Shown piece after piece: positions 13,466-26,829 of a stretch of 64,000 nt of DNA. Position 1 is the first letter of the stretch, and each line of letters starts with the position of its first letter. Both the position numbers and the translations under genes were made by a program. Below the pieces are notes generated by a model. The model saw only the letters and a program-made list of their open reading frames with translations, was not told the DNA's origin and searched no databases. Source of the DNA: Squalus acanthias (Eukaryota); the NCBI GenBank assembly GCA_030390025.1, contig CM059432.1, positions 143,284,001-143,348,000 of the forward strand. Direction: 5' to 3'.

Positions 13466-15879
13466 TGGCATAAAAAGGGATGGAAGTTATGTACAGAGCT
13501 CTGGTTAGACCCCATCTGGAGTATTGTGTTCAGTTCTGGGCAATTATTCTAATGATTCTAGAAGTGCTGAAAAGTGGGATTAGGCTGGATAGCTCTTTGT
13601 CGGCCAGCACGGACAAGATGGGCCGAATGGCCTCCTTCTGTGCTGTAAATTTCTATGATTCTATTCCCTCCTGGAACCATTCTAATATGTCTCTTCTGTA
13701 CCCTCTCCAATGCCTTCATGTCCTTCCTAAAGTGCGGTGCCCAGAATTGGACACAATACTCCAGCTGGGGCCGAACTAGTGTTTTATGAAGGTTTACCAT
13801 AACTTCCTGGTTTTTGTACACTATGCCTCGATTTATAAAGCCCAGGATCCCGTGTGGTTTATTAACTGCTTTGTTAACCTGTCCTGCCACCTTCAAGGAT
13901 TTGTGCAGAAGCAACCCCCAGGTCTCTCTGTTCTCGCACCCCCTTTAAAATTGTACCATTTAGTGTGTACGGTCTCTCCTCATTCTTCCTACAAAAATGT
14001 ATCACCTCACACTTATGTGTTGAATTTCATCTGCGATGTGTCCGCCCATTCCACCAGCCTGTCTGTGCCCTCTTGAAGTCTATTACTATCTTCCTCAGTG
14101 TTTACTGCACTTCCAAGTTTCGTATCATCTGCAAATTTCGAAATTGTGCCCTGTACACTCCCCCCCCACCCCCCCCCCCCCCCAAAGTCCAAGTCATTAA
14201 TGTATATCAAAAGCCGCAGTGGTCCTAGTGCTGAATCTTGGGGAACTCCACTGTATACCTCCCTACAGTCCAAAAAACAGCCATTCACCACAACTCTCGG
14301 TTTTCTATCCCGTAGCCAATTTTGTATCCAGGCTGCTCCTGCCCCTTTTATCCCATGGGTTTCAATTTTGCTAACAAGCCTCGTATGTGGCACTTTATCA
14401 AACGCCTTTTGAAAGTCCATATACACAACATCAGCTGCACTGCCCTCATCCACCCTCTGTTACCGCATCAAAAACTTAATCAAGTTAGTCAAACATGATT
14501 TTCTCTTAACAAATACATGCTGGCTCTTCTTTATTGGTCCATGCTTGTCCAAGTGGCTGTTATTGCTTCTAAGAGCTTCCCCACCACCGACGTTAAACTG
14601 ACTTGGCCTGTAATTGCCAGGTTTATCCTTCTCCCATTTTTTGAACAAGGGTGTAACATTTGCAATCCTCCAGTCCTTTGGCAGCACCCCCTGTATCTAA
14701 GGAGGATTGGAAGGTTGTGGCCACCACCTCCGCAGTTTCTACCCTTACTTCCCTCAACAACCTTGGATGCAGCCCATCCGGACTGGGTGAGGTAGCCACT
14801 TCAATTTCCGCCAGCCTATCTAGTACCTCCTCTATTTATATTTCATCCAGTATCCCAACAACCTCCTTGTTTACCACAGCTTTGGCAAAGTCATTTTTCC
14901 TTGGTAAACACTGATGCAAAATACTTAGTACCTCAGCTATGTCTTCTGCCTCCACCAGTAGTCCTCCACTTTGGTCCCTAACTGGCCCCACCGCTCCTGG
15001 GATAACCCTTTACTATTAATATGCCGGTAGAAGACCTTTGGGTTCCCCTTTATGCTAGCTGCCAATCTATTCTTGTACTGTCTCTTCCCCCCACCCCCAT
15101 TTCCTTTTTCACTTCTCCTTCGTACTTTATATTAAGCCTGATTCTTCCTTGTGTTATCAAGCTGATATCCATCATACGGCCCCTTTTTCTGTGTCATCTT
15201 ACTCTCCAATGCTTTCGTCATCCAGGGAGATCTGGCTTTGGTTGGCCTTCCTTTCCCCCCCTTGTAGGAATGTACCTAGACTGTACCCGAACCACCTCCT
15301 CCTTAAAGGCCACCCATTGCTCCATTACATTTTTGTCTGCCAGTCTTGGACTCCAATTTACCCGGGCCAGATCCCTCCTCAATTTGCTGAAATTAGCCCT
15401 CCGCCAGTTAAGTATTTTTATTCTAGATTGCTCCTTGTCCTTCTCCATAACTAATCTAAATCTTACAATGCTATGATCACTATTCCAGAGATGCTCTCCA
15501 ACTGTGAAGTTCTCCACTTCATTCCCCAGGGTTGGATCCAGCGATGCCTCCTTCCTCATTGGGCACGAAACATACTGATCAAGAAAATTCTCCTGAACAC
15601 ACGTCAGAAATTCCTCCCCTTCTCTGCCATTAACACAATCACTGCCCCATTCAATATTGGAATATTTAAAGTCTCCCATTATCACTACTCTATAGTTCTT
15701 GCAACTCAGTAATTTCTTTGCATATCTGCTCCTCTATCTCCTTCCTACTATTTGGTGGCCTATGAAATACACCAAGTAGCGTAATAGCTCCTTTATTGTT
15801 TCTCAACTCCAACCAAATAGATTCTGTCTTTGATCCCTCAAAGACATTCCCTTTCTAGCACTAATATTTTCCTTAATTC

Positions 15880-16142
15880 ATAGAATCCCCACAGTGCAGA
15901 TAGAGGCCATTTCGGCCCATCGAGCCTGCACCGACACATATCCCACGTATTTAATCCCCCTAACACTAAGGGTCAATTTATCATAGCCAAATCAACCTAA
16001 CCCGCACATCTTTGGACCCGGAGGAAACCCACGCAGACACGGGGAGAATGTGCAAACTCCACACAGACAGTCACCCGAGGCCGGATTCGAACCCGGGTCC
16101 CTGGCGCTGTGAGGCAACAGTGCTAACCACTATGCCACCATG
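15880..16142 (-). mobile_element. HE1-like V-SINE
   Basis: tRNA head with B-box ggttcgaatcc; V-domain ggaggaaacccacgcagacacggggagaatgtgcaaactccacaca; CR1-like tail. Confidence 0.8.
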
Positions 16143-17257
16143 TTACCCGTTTAAAACGGCTTCCCCTCCTGCTCTTGTTCTTTCCCCATCTTTCCTGAAC
16201 ACTTTGTACCCAGGAATATTAGGCATCCAATCCTCCCCTTTTTTGAGCCATGGCTCAGTTATTGCCACCACATCACATTTTTACGTGGCTATTTGTGCCT
16301 GCAGCTCATCAACCTTATTAACCACACTTTGTGCATTTACACACATGCATTCCAAACCTAACTTAGACCTCTTTGTATTTTCTATGATCCCACCTAATTC
16401 TGTATTATTTCTCTCCCAGTCCTCGGTGCACCTTGTTTCTACTTTTTAATACTACATCCTGGTGCCCAACCCCCTGGCGAATTAGCTTAAACCCACCCCC
16501 ACAGCACTAGTTAACCTGCCCGCAAGGATATTGGTCTCAACTCTGTTCAGGTACAACCTGTCCATCTTGAACAGGTCCTTCCTGTCACGGAGCAGGTCCC
16601 AATGTCCCAGGAATCTGAAGCCCTCCCTCCTGCACCATGTCTCTAGCCACGCATTAACCTGCCATATCTTCCTATTTCTACTCTCACCAGCTCGTGGCAC
16701 TGGGAGTAATCCAGAGATTACCAACATTGAGGTCCCGCTTTTTAACTTCCTCCCGAGCTCCTTAAACTCTGACTGTAGGACCGCAACCCTCTTCTTCCTT
16801 AGGTCGTTGGTTCTGACATGGACCATGACTTCTGGCTCTTCCCCTCCCCTCCACAGAATGTTCTGCACCCTCTTCGTGATGTCCCTTACCCTGGCATCAG
16901 GGAAGCAACATACCGTACACCTTGACAGTAGCAGAACTGCCTATCTGTCCCCCTGAATATCAAATCCCCAATTACTACTGTGTGGCGGATCGCTACCTAA
17001 ACGGGCATAATCCACTCTTCCATCCGTGGACAAATATCCAGCACCTTCCCTTTAAGGCACCTTACCTTTAAGGCAGGAGTGGGCGGGGCCTCAGGGTTTG
17101 CCCAGAGAATTCTGGGAGCTTTTCGGTTCAGCCATTTGTGCCATGCAGTGATTAAAAAGTCTCTTGTTTAACACACATGGATTCAGCCTTAATTCGTGTT
17201 TCGCGGCAGCCTCAACATTGGTGAGATCGACGCTCAGAACGTATTCCTAGCACTGCA

Positions 17258-20200
17258 ATGGCGGACACGAACGCAGTTTCCGTGAAACTGCAGGATGTTT
17301 TGGGAAAACCAGCCCGAAGCCTGGTTTCTCCAAGCTGAATCGCGCTTCCGGCTGCAACGCATCACCACAGATGGGACGAAGTACGACTATCTCGTCACAT
17401 CACTCGGTAGCGCCACAGTTTCGAAGGTTTGGACAATGCTGCAGAACCCACCAGAGGAAGGCAAGTACGCACATCTCAAGACAGCGCTCCTTAAAAAATT
17501 TACGGCCTCGGCATATCAGCGAAACTGCCACCTCCTCGACCTTCCAGGCCTCGGTGATGCCTCACCGTCAGACCTCCTCTCCCACATGCTCTCCCTCACC
17601 GACGAGAGCCCACCCGGATCCCTCTTCCGCACGCTGTTCATCCGCCAGCTCCCTCTCAGCATCCGCCCAGCGATCGTGGCGTCCGGCCTCATGAAACTGG
17701 AAGCCCTGGCCGATGAGGCCGACAAGCTGCTGTCCGCTCACTCCAGCCGCGACGTCACTCCGGACCTGGCAGCCAATGCCTGGGCGTGCCCCTCACCGGC
17801 CAGCACGCGGCCACAAGGGCCTGCCACCAGGCTCATGGGGCCTTCGCGCCCCACTAACCCGGGCCACTGTTACTACCACGCACGGGTAGGCGCCAGGGCA
17901 CAACGGTGTACACCTCCCTGCTCTTTCAAGTCCGCCCCCGTACCAGCCCCCGCGATGGCCATGGACCACGCGGGCTCCCTGCTGTTCGTCACGGATGACA
18001 AAACCGGCCGCTGGTTCCTGTGTGACACTGGGGCTCAGCACAGCATCATCCCGGCCTCCTCCCTCGACATCTAAAAGGGCGAACGAGGACCGGCGCTGGC
18101 TGCTGCTAACGGCTCGGAAATCCGGACGTATGGCACCCGGACAGTCACCCTCGACCTCGCTGGTCACCGCTACCGATGGGAGTTCATCACTGCCAAGGTG
18201 CTCTCCCCCCTCATCGGCGCAGATTTCCTGTGCGCCCACGGCCTACTGGTAGACATCCCTCGTCACCGCCTCGTGGACATGAACACCATGTCCCCCATCC
18301 TGGGCGCCATGGCCCCCCGTCAACCCGCCGACATGGCGTCACAGTGCCACGCCCGGGCCACGGATGACTACTCGGCACTCCAGGCCGAATTCCCGGCCCT
18401 TACCAATCCGACCTTCTCCGCGGAGGCCGCCAAACACGGGGTGGAACACGTCATCCCCACCACAGGCCCCCCAGTGTACGCCCACGCCCGCAGGCTGGAC
18501 CCAGCCAAACTGGAGATCGCGCGGACCGAGTTTGCCACCATGGAACAGCTCGGCATCATCCGCCGCTCCAACAGTCGCTGGGCCTCCCCACTACACATCG
18601 CCCCCAAACCAGGCGGAGGTTGGCGCCCCTGCGGGGATTACCGCCGCCTCAATGATGCCACCACCCCTGATCGGTACCCCGTGCCGCACATTCAGGACTT
18701 CTCGGCTAGACTGGCCGGCCGCTCAGTCTTTTCCAAGGTCGACCTGGTGCGCGGCTACCACCAAGTCCCCGACCACCACGCGGACGTCCCCAAGACGGCC
18801 GTAATCACCCCCTTCGGCCTGTTCGAGTTCCTGCGGATACCCTTCGGCCTCAAAAACGTGGCCCAGGCATTCCAACGGCTCATGGACTCGGTCCTTCGGG
18901 ACCTGAAGTTCCTGTTTGTCTACCTGGACGACATCCTGGTAGCCAGTTCCTCCAAGCAGGAACACCTCTTACACCTTCGCATCCTGTTCGGGCGCCTCAG
19001 TGACCACGGACTCATCCTCAGCCCAGCCAAATGCCAGTTCGGCCTGGACAAGATCGACTTCCTCGGCCACCACATCACCCATGCTGGGGCCATTCCCCTG
19101 CCCACCAAGGTGCAGGCCATCCAACAATTTCCCCACCCCACCACCATCAAAGGCCTCCAGGAGTTCCTCGGGATGGTGAATTTCTATAACCGCTTCATCC
19201 CCAAAGCGGCGTCCCTCATGAGGCCCCTGTATGAAGCCCTCCGGGGCAGGAGCGGCAAGATGGCGGTCGAATGGACGGCAGACGCGTCTGCCGCCTTCGA
19301 TTCCACCAAGACCGCGCTCGCCAACGCCACCCTGCTCGCGCACCCACGGCCCAATGCCAGGGTAGCGCTCACCACGGACGCCTCCGACCATGCGGTCGGC
19401 GCCGTGTATGAGCAGTGGGTCGACGGCGCCTGGCAACCACTTGCCTTCTTCAGCCGCCAACTACGCCCCCCGGAGGTCAAGTACAGCACCTTCGACCGCG
19501 ACCTCCTCGCGCTGTTCCTGGCGGTCCGCCATTTCCGGTTTTTGCTTGAGGGCCACCCCTTCACTGCGTTTGTCGACCACATGCCCCTGACATTCGCAAT
19601 GGCAAAGACAACCGACCCCTGGTCCGCCAGGCAGCAGCGCCCGCTCGCGGCAGTGTCCGAGTTCACCACGGACATCCAACACGTCTCCGGCCGAGACAAT
19701 GTGGTAGCCGACTGCCTCTCCCGCCCCGCCATCCACGCCGCACACCTAGCAGTCGACTACGCTCAACTCGCAGCAGACCAGATCACTGACCCTGATCTGC
19801 TCTCCGCACCCACCAACCTACCAGGGCTACGCCTGGCTGACGTCGCCTGTGGCCCGACCGCAGTCACAGTCAAGTGCGACATATTCCTCTGTCAACCTCA
19901 GCCCGTCGTCCCAGCGTCCTGGCGCCGCCGGGTATTCAACATTCTCCACAACCTCTCCCACCCCGGCGCCCGTGCATCCATCAAATTGGTAGCCAACCGC
20001 TTCGTCTGGCGCGGCCTTTGCAAGGATGTGCATACTTGGGCCAACTCCTGCCTAGCCTGCCAATGGGCCAAGGTACAGCAACACACGAAAGCACCCCTCG
20101 AGGAGTTTACCGTCTCCTCGCGGAGATTCGACCACATCCACGTGGACATCGTCGGGCCCCTGCCGCCGTCGCAAGGCCACACGCACTTGCTGACCATTGT

Positions 20201-21071
20201 TGACCGCACCACACGCTGGCCTGAGGCAATTCCACTGACCTCTACCACCACCGCCGACATCGCCAGAGCCTTCGTCAGCACCTGGGTCGCACAGTTCGGC
20301 GTCCCCTCCGACATGACGTCGGACAGAGGTCCGCAATTTACCTCTGAACTCTGGACCGCCATCGCACGCAATCTCAGGGTGACCATTCACCGCACCACAG
20401 CGTACCACCCCCAAGCCAACGGACTGTGTGAGCGGTTCCACAGATCCTTGAAGGCATCTCTTCGAGCCAGCTTCCAAGACGGCGCCTGGACCAACCGACT
20501 TCCGTGGGTCCTCCTCGGCCTGCGCACCGCGGTTAAAGAAGACCTCCACGCATCGGCAGCAGAGCTCGTGTACGGTCAGCCACTGCGCGTACCCGGCGAG
20601 TTCCTGCCCACCGCCACGACACCCTGGTCAGCCAACCAGCAACACCACGACTTCGCCTCACCGGCGCTGCAGTTCGCCCCGGTGCCCATTGCCCAACACG
20701 GCGAATCCACCTCACACGTCCCACTAAGCCTGCACCAGGCACGGTTTGTTTTTGTCCGGCACGACGCCCACCGCGGACCCCTTCAACCCCCGTACGACGG
20801 GCCCTACAAGGTGCTACATGCTGGGGGCAAATTTTTCCCCCGGCAAGTGGGCGACAGGACCGAAAAAGTGTCGGTTGACCGACTCAAGCCAGCACACTCG
20901 GAGCCCGGTGAGCAGGTCCCTGTAGCTCGTCCACCTCCACGCGGCCGACCTGCCCTCAAGCCGGTTCACCCGGCTGCTCCACGCCCGGCCGTTCCACGTC
21001 CACCGGCGTCCTACAAGAGCCGCTCCGGCCGGCCCATCAGACCACCGCACCGTCTCGTCCACACCTCCTAA
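17258..21071 (+). pseudogene. Gypsy gag-pol polyprotein (Gag-CHCC, PR, RT, RNase H, IN)
   Basis: CYYH-X9-C-X3-C knuckle, FLCDTGA, YLDDIL, TDASD, HVDIVG/SDRGPQF/NGLCER; frameshift near 17293 and in-frame TAA at 18072-18074. Confidence 0.93.
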
Positions 21072-21685
21072 GCGGATTCTGGGGGGAGCTGTGTGGCGGA
21101 TCACCACCTAAACGGGCATAATCCACTCTTCCGTCCGTGGACAAATATCCAGCACCTTCCCTTTAAGGCACCTTGGGGTAAAAATTCAGTTGGTTGCGCC
21201 TCCCGTTAGCGCCTTAAGAGGGCGCTAATGGGGCGCAAAGCCGCTAACGCCCGGGCGCAGCGATGTTTGCGCCGCTCGGGAACTTAACTAGAGATTGTGC
21301 GGCGGCGCTAAACTTTACCGCTGCGACCACCTGCGCGCGCAGATTGTGACGTCATTCCATGGTGCAACGCCCTTGTGGTGCCCCGGAGCGGAAATTGAGT
21401 GGCGCCCCCTGCCTTACCGCCTGGCGCATCCAACGACCGGAAGACTGGAACGCTATCAATCGCTGTGGGGCTGGGGGGGGCGCTATTTAAAGGGGGCCTC
21501 TTCCTGTCTTTTTCTGTGGTTGACATTTTTGCACCGCTCGTTCTGAGAGAGAGAGAGAGATTCGGAGAGAGAGAAAGAGAGACTTCTGCATTGACTCAAC
21601 GCTTTGTGAGGTAGTTTTGCCTACTGATCCTAACTTCGCTAGTACTTTAGTTGCTGTCCTTCATTACTTTGCTTGCAAAGAGACT

Positions 21686-22846
21686 ATGGGGGCTGCACTG
21701 ATTGGGGGCGTCGTCCTGCTCCAGCTGAATCGGAGGACACAGAGACGCAGAGAGAGAGTGGCAATGATGGCCAGACGGAGGAGGGCCAACAGGCGTATGT
21801 ACAGGAGAGCTTACCCTCCCAGGGTATATCGTGAACAGCTCTCCTACATTCATATGTCTGAGGAGCTGTGTTTGCGAAGGCTGCGATTCAGCAAGGAGGT
21901 GGTCACTGAGCTCTGCCACCTGCTGCAGCCAGATCTGCAGCCTCAACTGAGGTCCAGGACGTCTCTGTCGGTGGCAGTGAAGGTCACAGTGGCTCTCAAC
22001 TTCTACGCTACTGGCTCATTTCAAGCTGCTGCTGGGGACCTCGCCAATATCTCCCAGTTCGCGGTGCATTGCTGCATCCGGCAGGTCACAAATGCCCTCT
22101 TTAAAAGGAGACGAGAGTTCATCTCTTTCCCCATGACCCCAGACAAGCAGCGTGACCGCGCTCTGGGCTTTGCGAGGATAGCGGGCTTCCCCACGGTGCA
22201 GGGCGCCATTGACTGCACGCATGTGGCTTTGCATGCTCCACATGAGAATGCCGAGGATTTCCGGAACAGAAAGGGGTTCCATTCCTTGAATGTTCAGTTG
22301 GTCTGTGACCACAGACAGCTGATACTCGCTGTCAATGCCCACTATCCTGGCAGCTGCCACGATGCTTTTATCCTGCGACAGACTACTGTGGCAGAACTTT
22401 TCGAGGCACCGCATCAGCCAGTTGGTTGGCTTCTCGGGGACAAGGGGTATGCATTGAGCACCTGGCTGATGACACCGCTCCGTACGCCCAACACCCCTGC
22501 TGAGCTGCGGTACAATGAGAGCCATCAAGCTACCAGGAACATAATTGACCGCACAATCGGCGTGCTGAAGCAACGGTTCCGCTGTCTCGACCATTCTGGA
22601 GGAGCCCTGCAGTACTCGCCTGAGCGAGTATCCAACTTCGTAGTTGTGTGCTGCATGTTGCATAACATGGCAATCCTCAGGACCCAGCCAATGCCACCAG
22701 GCCTTGGAGCACCACCAGAGGAGGAGGAGGAAGAGGAGGAAGAGGACGAGGAGGATGATCATCAGCAGCACCAAGGCGGGAGGGCGGCCCACAATGGTGA
22801 AACTGCAAGGGCCGTCCGTCAACGGCTAATAGCAAGCCGCTTCTAG
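21686..22846 (+). CDS. Harbinger DDE transposase, 386 aa
   Basis: Open ORF with GAIDCTHV and LLGDKGY; third catalytic position reads IDRT instead of IERT. Confidence 0.92.
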   Translation: MGAALIGGVVLLQLNRRTQRRRERVAMMARRRRANRRMYRRAYPPRVYREQLSYIHMSEELCLRRLRFSKEVVTELCHLLQPDLQPQLRSRTSLSVAVKVTVALNFYATGSFQAAAGDLANISQFAVHCCIRQVTNALFKRRREFISFPMTPDKQRDRALGFARIAGFPTVQGAIDCTHVALHAPHENAEDFRNRKGFHSLNVQLVCDHRQLILAVNAHYPGSCHDAFILRQTTVAELFEAPHQPVGWLLGDKGYALSTWLMTPLRTPNTPAELRYNESHQATRNIIDRTIGVLKQRFRCLDHSGGALQYSPERVSNFVVVCCMLHNMAILRTQPMPPGLGAPPEEEEEEEEEDEEDDHQQHQGGRAAHNGETARAVRQRLIASRF

Positions 22847-23158
22847 GGCCCCTGCTGTGGAAATGGCTTCTGCCATTGCTAACAACATCAATGAACCCAG
22901 CACGCAACCCCTAAGCCGGCCAAGGCACCAATAATTCCAACCACCAACCATGTATATTTTGAATACAGAAACTTATTTATTTTACAAACTCTGTGTGTGT
23001 CAATTCCTCATGACAAACTCATAGAAATAAACACAAAAAAACAGTCAATAACATAACTGGTTCTCACAACCTGGAGATAATGTCCAAAACACTAAACAAA
23101 AGTTGGACCATGAACCTCGACCTTTAATAAAAAAATGACCAGCATTTTGTCACACCTC

Positions 23159-24968
23159 CTACTTTTTGCCCTTCGAGGGTGATCTCCTTCCCTTGCGCAC
23201 TTCCCCCCTTCTAACCCTACTGCTCCTCCGTAATGGGACCTCAGTGGCTGCAGCAAGGCTGGTGGAAGGCTGCTGCTCGTCAGACCCTGACACTGCAGAT
23301 GCCCCTGAAGGACGGCCTTGACCAGTTCTGGGCCTGGAGGGCCCGGCTGCAGACTGCACCAACTCTGCATGGGCGGCAGCAGTCTGTCCTACAGGCGGTG
23401 GCAAGTGCAGTGGAGAAGTGACAGTGTTGGCAGCAGGAATGCTGTCATCGTGAGAGAGGACAGCAACTCCCTGCTCGCCCGACACACTGGCACTCCCACG
23501 GGGCAGCACTTCAGCATCCGGAGCAATCTGCTGGAGAACAGATTGCTGGCCTGCTGCGGCGCGGTGAGAGCCCCGGGGACATGTGAACGAACCATCGAGG
23601 TTGGCAGCAGTCTGTGCTCACGTGGCCTCAATCTGAGTCTGCATGAGAGCAGTCAGAGATGGGATCACGGCAGCCAGTGACTGAATTGCAGCACTAAGCG
23701 TTAGTGTGGCATCCGCCTGTGCTACAGCGAAGTGCTCCACACTCCTTGCCAGTGACTCAATGCATTCGGGCACCCTTCCCACTGCACCCATGAGCTCAGT
23801 GTGCATGCCCACCGCCTGGGTGTTCATTTCTGCGATCAGCCGCTCCTCCTCTGCGTCCATTGCAGTAGGAGTCTCTGGCCTACTCTCCCTCTGGGGAGAA
23901 GGCCCCCGTTCTTCCCTACCCCCATGGCGTTGCTGCAGCCCGCTGGGTCCTGGAGCTTCACCCTCATCAGACCCTTCCCCCCTGTTCCCCTCCAGGGAAG
24001 GCGTGTTCCCAGTGTGGGCATGGGCTTCCTCGGGAGAGGGTGGCACTGATGCTCCGGCTTCCTCTTCCTCCTCGGCTGCAGCTTCACTCCCAGTGGCAGC
24101 TTCAGGGCCCGTCTCCTCAGCTGGTGAATCACCATCTGAAAGCAGGGAGGTACAAGAGTGGCTTTAGCATGAGGACAGGGTGGCAGTAAGGGAGGAATAA
24201 GTGCAGCGAGTTAGCAAGTTGGATTGAAAGTGTCAAAGGCTGGTGTTGTGAGGGACAAGTGGAAGGACAGAGGACAAAAAGGTGATGACCTTACCATTGC
24301 TGTCCAGAACGGGGTCGGTGTCTCCAGTGGCGACGGGACCGATCACCCGGCTTGCCACAATCCTGTGGACACGCTCCTCAAGATCGCTGAGGGGTTGCAG
24401 CTGAGGCCGCCCTCCACCTGTCCGTTGCTGCTGTCTCCGATTATGCGCCAGCTTGGCCTGTAAGAAAAAGGACAGCATCTGAGTAAATATACAGCCATGG
24501 TCTTGCCTGATGTGCCTCCCATAGGTGAATAGCCCTTACTGTATGCAGCCATGGTCTTGCCTGATGTGCCTCCCATAGGTGAATAGCCCTTACTGTATGA
24601 AAAGTGTGGAATGTTTCATGGAAGGGCCATAGGTGTTGGATGAGTGTTGTGCATTGGGGTTTTAAGACCCTCTGGCCATAGAGTGAGGTTGAGATGGAGG
24701 GATGGAGAGGTATTGAGAAAAAGCCACTCACCCTGACGACCCGAGTGAGGTCGTTGAACTTTTTGCGGCATTGAGTATGGGTCCTGGGCACCATGCTCCT
24801 GGAGGAGACGCTCTGAGCCACCTCCCTCCACACTCTTCTGTACTCGCGTGGCAAAGGCCTCCTGCCACTCTCAGGGAAGAGTATACATCTTCTGCGCTCC
24901 ACCGCGCCAACCAGAGCATCCAAGGCCCGCTCGGTGAAGCGATGAGCTCGTTCTCTCACCCTCTCCAT
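23159..24968 (-). pseudogene. Harbinger Myb/SANT gene (exons 24968-24732, 24457-24295, 24135-23159)
   Basis: GT-AG introns colinear with copy C; CGA>TGA nonsense codon at 23618-23620. Confidence 0.85.
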
Positions 24969-25859
24969 CCTTGGCAGCAAAATGGATTCATAGGTCTCTC
25001 CAGGCCGAGATTCAAGGCTGCAATGAGCAGGGTGTGGCTGGGGAGCAAGTTGCCCCCCCCCCCCGCTTTAAGAAGTGGCCGGCGCCAGTGTGTCTGTGTT
25101 CCCTCGCTAACTGGCAGCAGCTGTGCTGCGCTCGCGCGCTGAGTTAGCGCCTCACTGCTCGGCCTTTGCGCCTTAAGACAGGTGTGCAGCGCCTGATTTA
25201 GCGCTCCACTCACCTCCCGGGGCGGTAAAAGTGAAGTTTCCAGTCAGTGGCGATAATTAGCGCCAGGCGCTAATATTTGTGTCCAGAGGGGCGCGACCTA
25301 ATTTTTCCCCCCTTACCTTTAAGGCAGGAGTGGGTGGGGCCTCAGGATTTGCCCAGAGAATTCTGGGAGCTTTTCGGTTCAGCCATTTTGTGCCATGCAG
25401 TGATTAAAAAGTCTCTTGTTTAACACACATGGATTCAGCCTTAATTCGTGTTTCGCGGCAGCCTCAACAACTGCATTCTTACACCTTGCTGTAGCCCCCT
25501 TTGCCTCATGGTGCCAGGCTCAGGATTGCACTTCTTTCAGGTGTCGTCACCCTCACCAGTATTCAATGCTGAATATCACTCCCAGAGGATTCCTGCACTG
25601 CCTGCCTCGTCTTACCCTTCCAGGTGACCACCCACTTGCTATTCTGAACTCTATCTAGCTGTGGGGTGACTCCCTCCTGGAATCTGCGATCCAGGACACA
25701 CTCAGCCACACGTATGCCCTGCAGTGAATCCAGCTGCCCCTCAAGCTCAGAAACCTTCAGCGTGAGTTCTAGCCCCTGGAGGCACTTCCTGCAAACTACG
25801 GTCTCCAGGACACATGAAGCGTCCTGAAGTTCCCACATGGCACAGGGATTGCAGGCTAT

Positions 25860-26632
25860 GGGGTAAAAATTGAGTCGCACCCCATTTGGGGCGCTAACCT
25901 CGCCGGGGCGCGACTTTTAGCGCCCCGAAAAAATTAGCGGCCCCGCGCCGGAACTTCAGTGGTTGCGCCCCAAGAGGGAAGCGGGGCGCAACTGGAAGTA
26001 CCCCGCATCCCTCTTGGGGCGCTGCGAGTGAATATCCTGGCGCTACGTGCCGCAGCGCCACGCGCTGCGGCATGTCGCGCCGCGGTATTGCAGGCCTTCC
26101 TCCCCTTCTTAAAGGGGAGGGACCCTGCGCAGCGCGAACCGGGGCCCAGCTGGGCCCCCAGGGATCGGGAGTGCCGGCAAAAGAGCCCGGCACTCAAGAG
26201 AAGTGCCGGGCTCTTGGAGCGCAGCCGGCACTTCACGGTGGGGGGGCTTCACGGGGGCCGGGGACAGCAACGGGAGCAGGTGCTGGCAGGCGGCCAGCAA
26301 CAAAAATGGCCGCCTGCCACCTCCCCTTTAAATATCGCCGCCCCGGCCGCACGTACGCCTCCCTGAACCCGTCGGACATAGCGTCTGCCGGTAAATCAGG
26401 GGGCGCGACTGAAGATCACGGCCGGGGCGCGAGCGGGGTGCTGCGCACGGCGATGACGTCATCGCCGGCGGCGCAGCGCCACAGGGCGCTACCGGCTGCC
26501 GCCGCCGCTAACCTCCCACTAAATTTTTCGGGAGGCGTGGGCGGCGCTGCGCCCGGGCGTTAGCTGCTTTACGCCCCATTAGCGCCCTCTTAAGGCGCTA
26601 ACGGGAGGCGCAAGCAGCTGAATTTTTCCCCC
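25860..26632. mobile_element. Harbinger MITE, 773 bp
   Basis: Same TIRs as copy B; TSD tat; one terminal region matches the B/C transposase-side end. Confidence 0.92.
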
Positions 26633-26829
26633 TATGGGTCATAGCTGTCCCTCCATTCTAATCAGAAACTTAAAATAAACTACTTAGATACAAGGTGATT
26701 TATCGAATTGCTGTTAACTAGGTCTAAACTACACTGCAATTTTTCTATTCTCTCCTCAAAGCAAACTACCCAAAGACTAAATTATTTACTCAAGCTTAAC
26801 AAGAACCACGGAGATACTAAATACAAAGA

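Larger units (their letters stand above)
21175..25311 (+). mobile_element. PIF/Harbinger transposon copy B, full length
   Basis: 12-bp TIRs ggggtaaaaatt / aatttttccccc; 3-bp TSD ctt; inserted in the Gypsy 3' LTR. Confidence 0.95.
16981..25469 (+). mobile_element. Gypsy LTR retrotransposon, CsRn1-like clade
   Basis: TG..CA LTRs 16981-17217 and 21092-25469 (latter split by Harbinger B); TSD actg (16977-16980, 25470-25473); Trp-like PBS tggtgagatcgacg at 17219; PPT ggggggag at 21081. Confidence 0.93.
13540..26780 (-). mobile_element. Near full-length decayed CR1 LINE (ORF1 zinc finger/leucine zipper plus esterase; ORF2), split by SINE, Gypsy, Harbinger and MITE insertions
   Basis: ORF1 CxxC..CxxC and coiled coil at 25563-25880; SGNH-esterase-like segment at 16482-16868; EN/RT motifs at 13670-15830. 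Confidence 0.8.

Noticed and set aside
18072..18074. Gypsy TAA as a programmed readthrough site
   Set aside because: Falls inside the protease domain with no readthrough context; best explained as a nonsense mutation
22016..22822. 268-aa antisense ORF present in both B and C (50416-51222)
   Set aside because: Shadow frame of a GC-rich transposase in two closely related copies; no recognisable domain
21686..22846. Host HARBI1 or NAIF1 genes
   Set aside because: Flanked by TIRs and a TSD and multicopy, so a transposon rather than a domesticated gene
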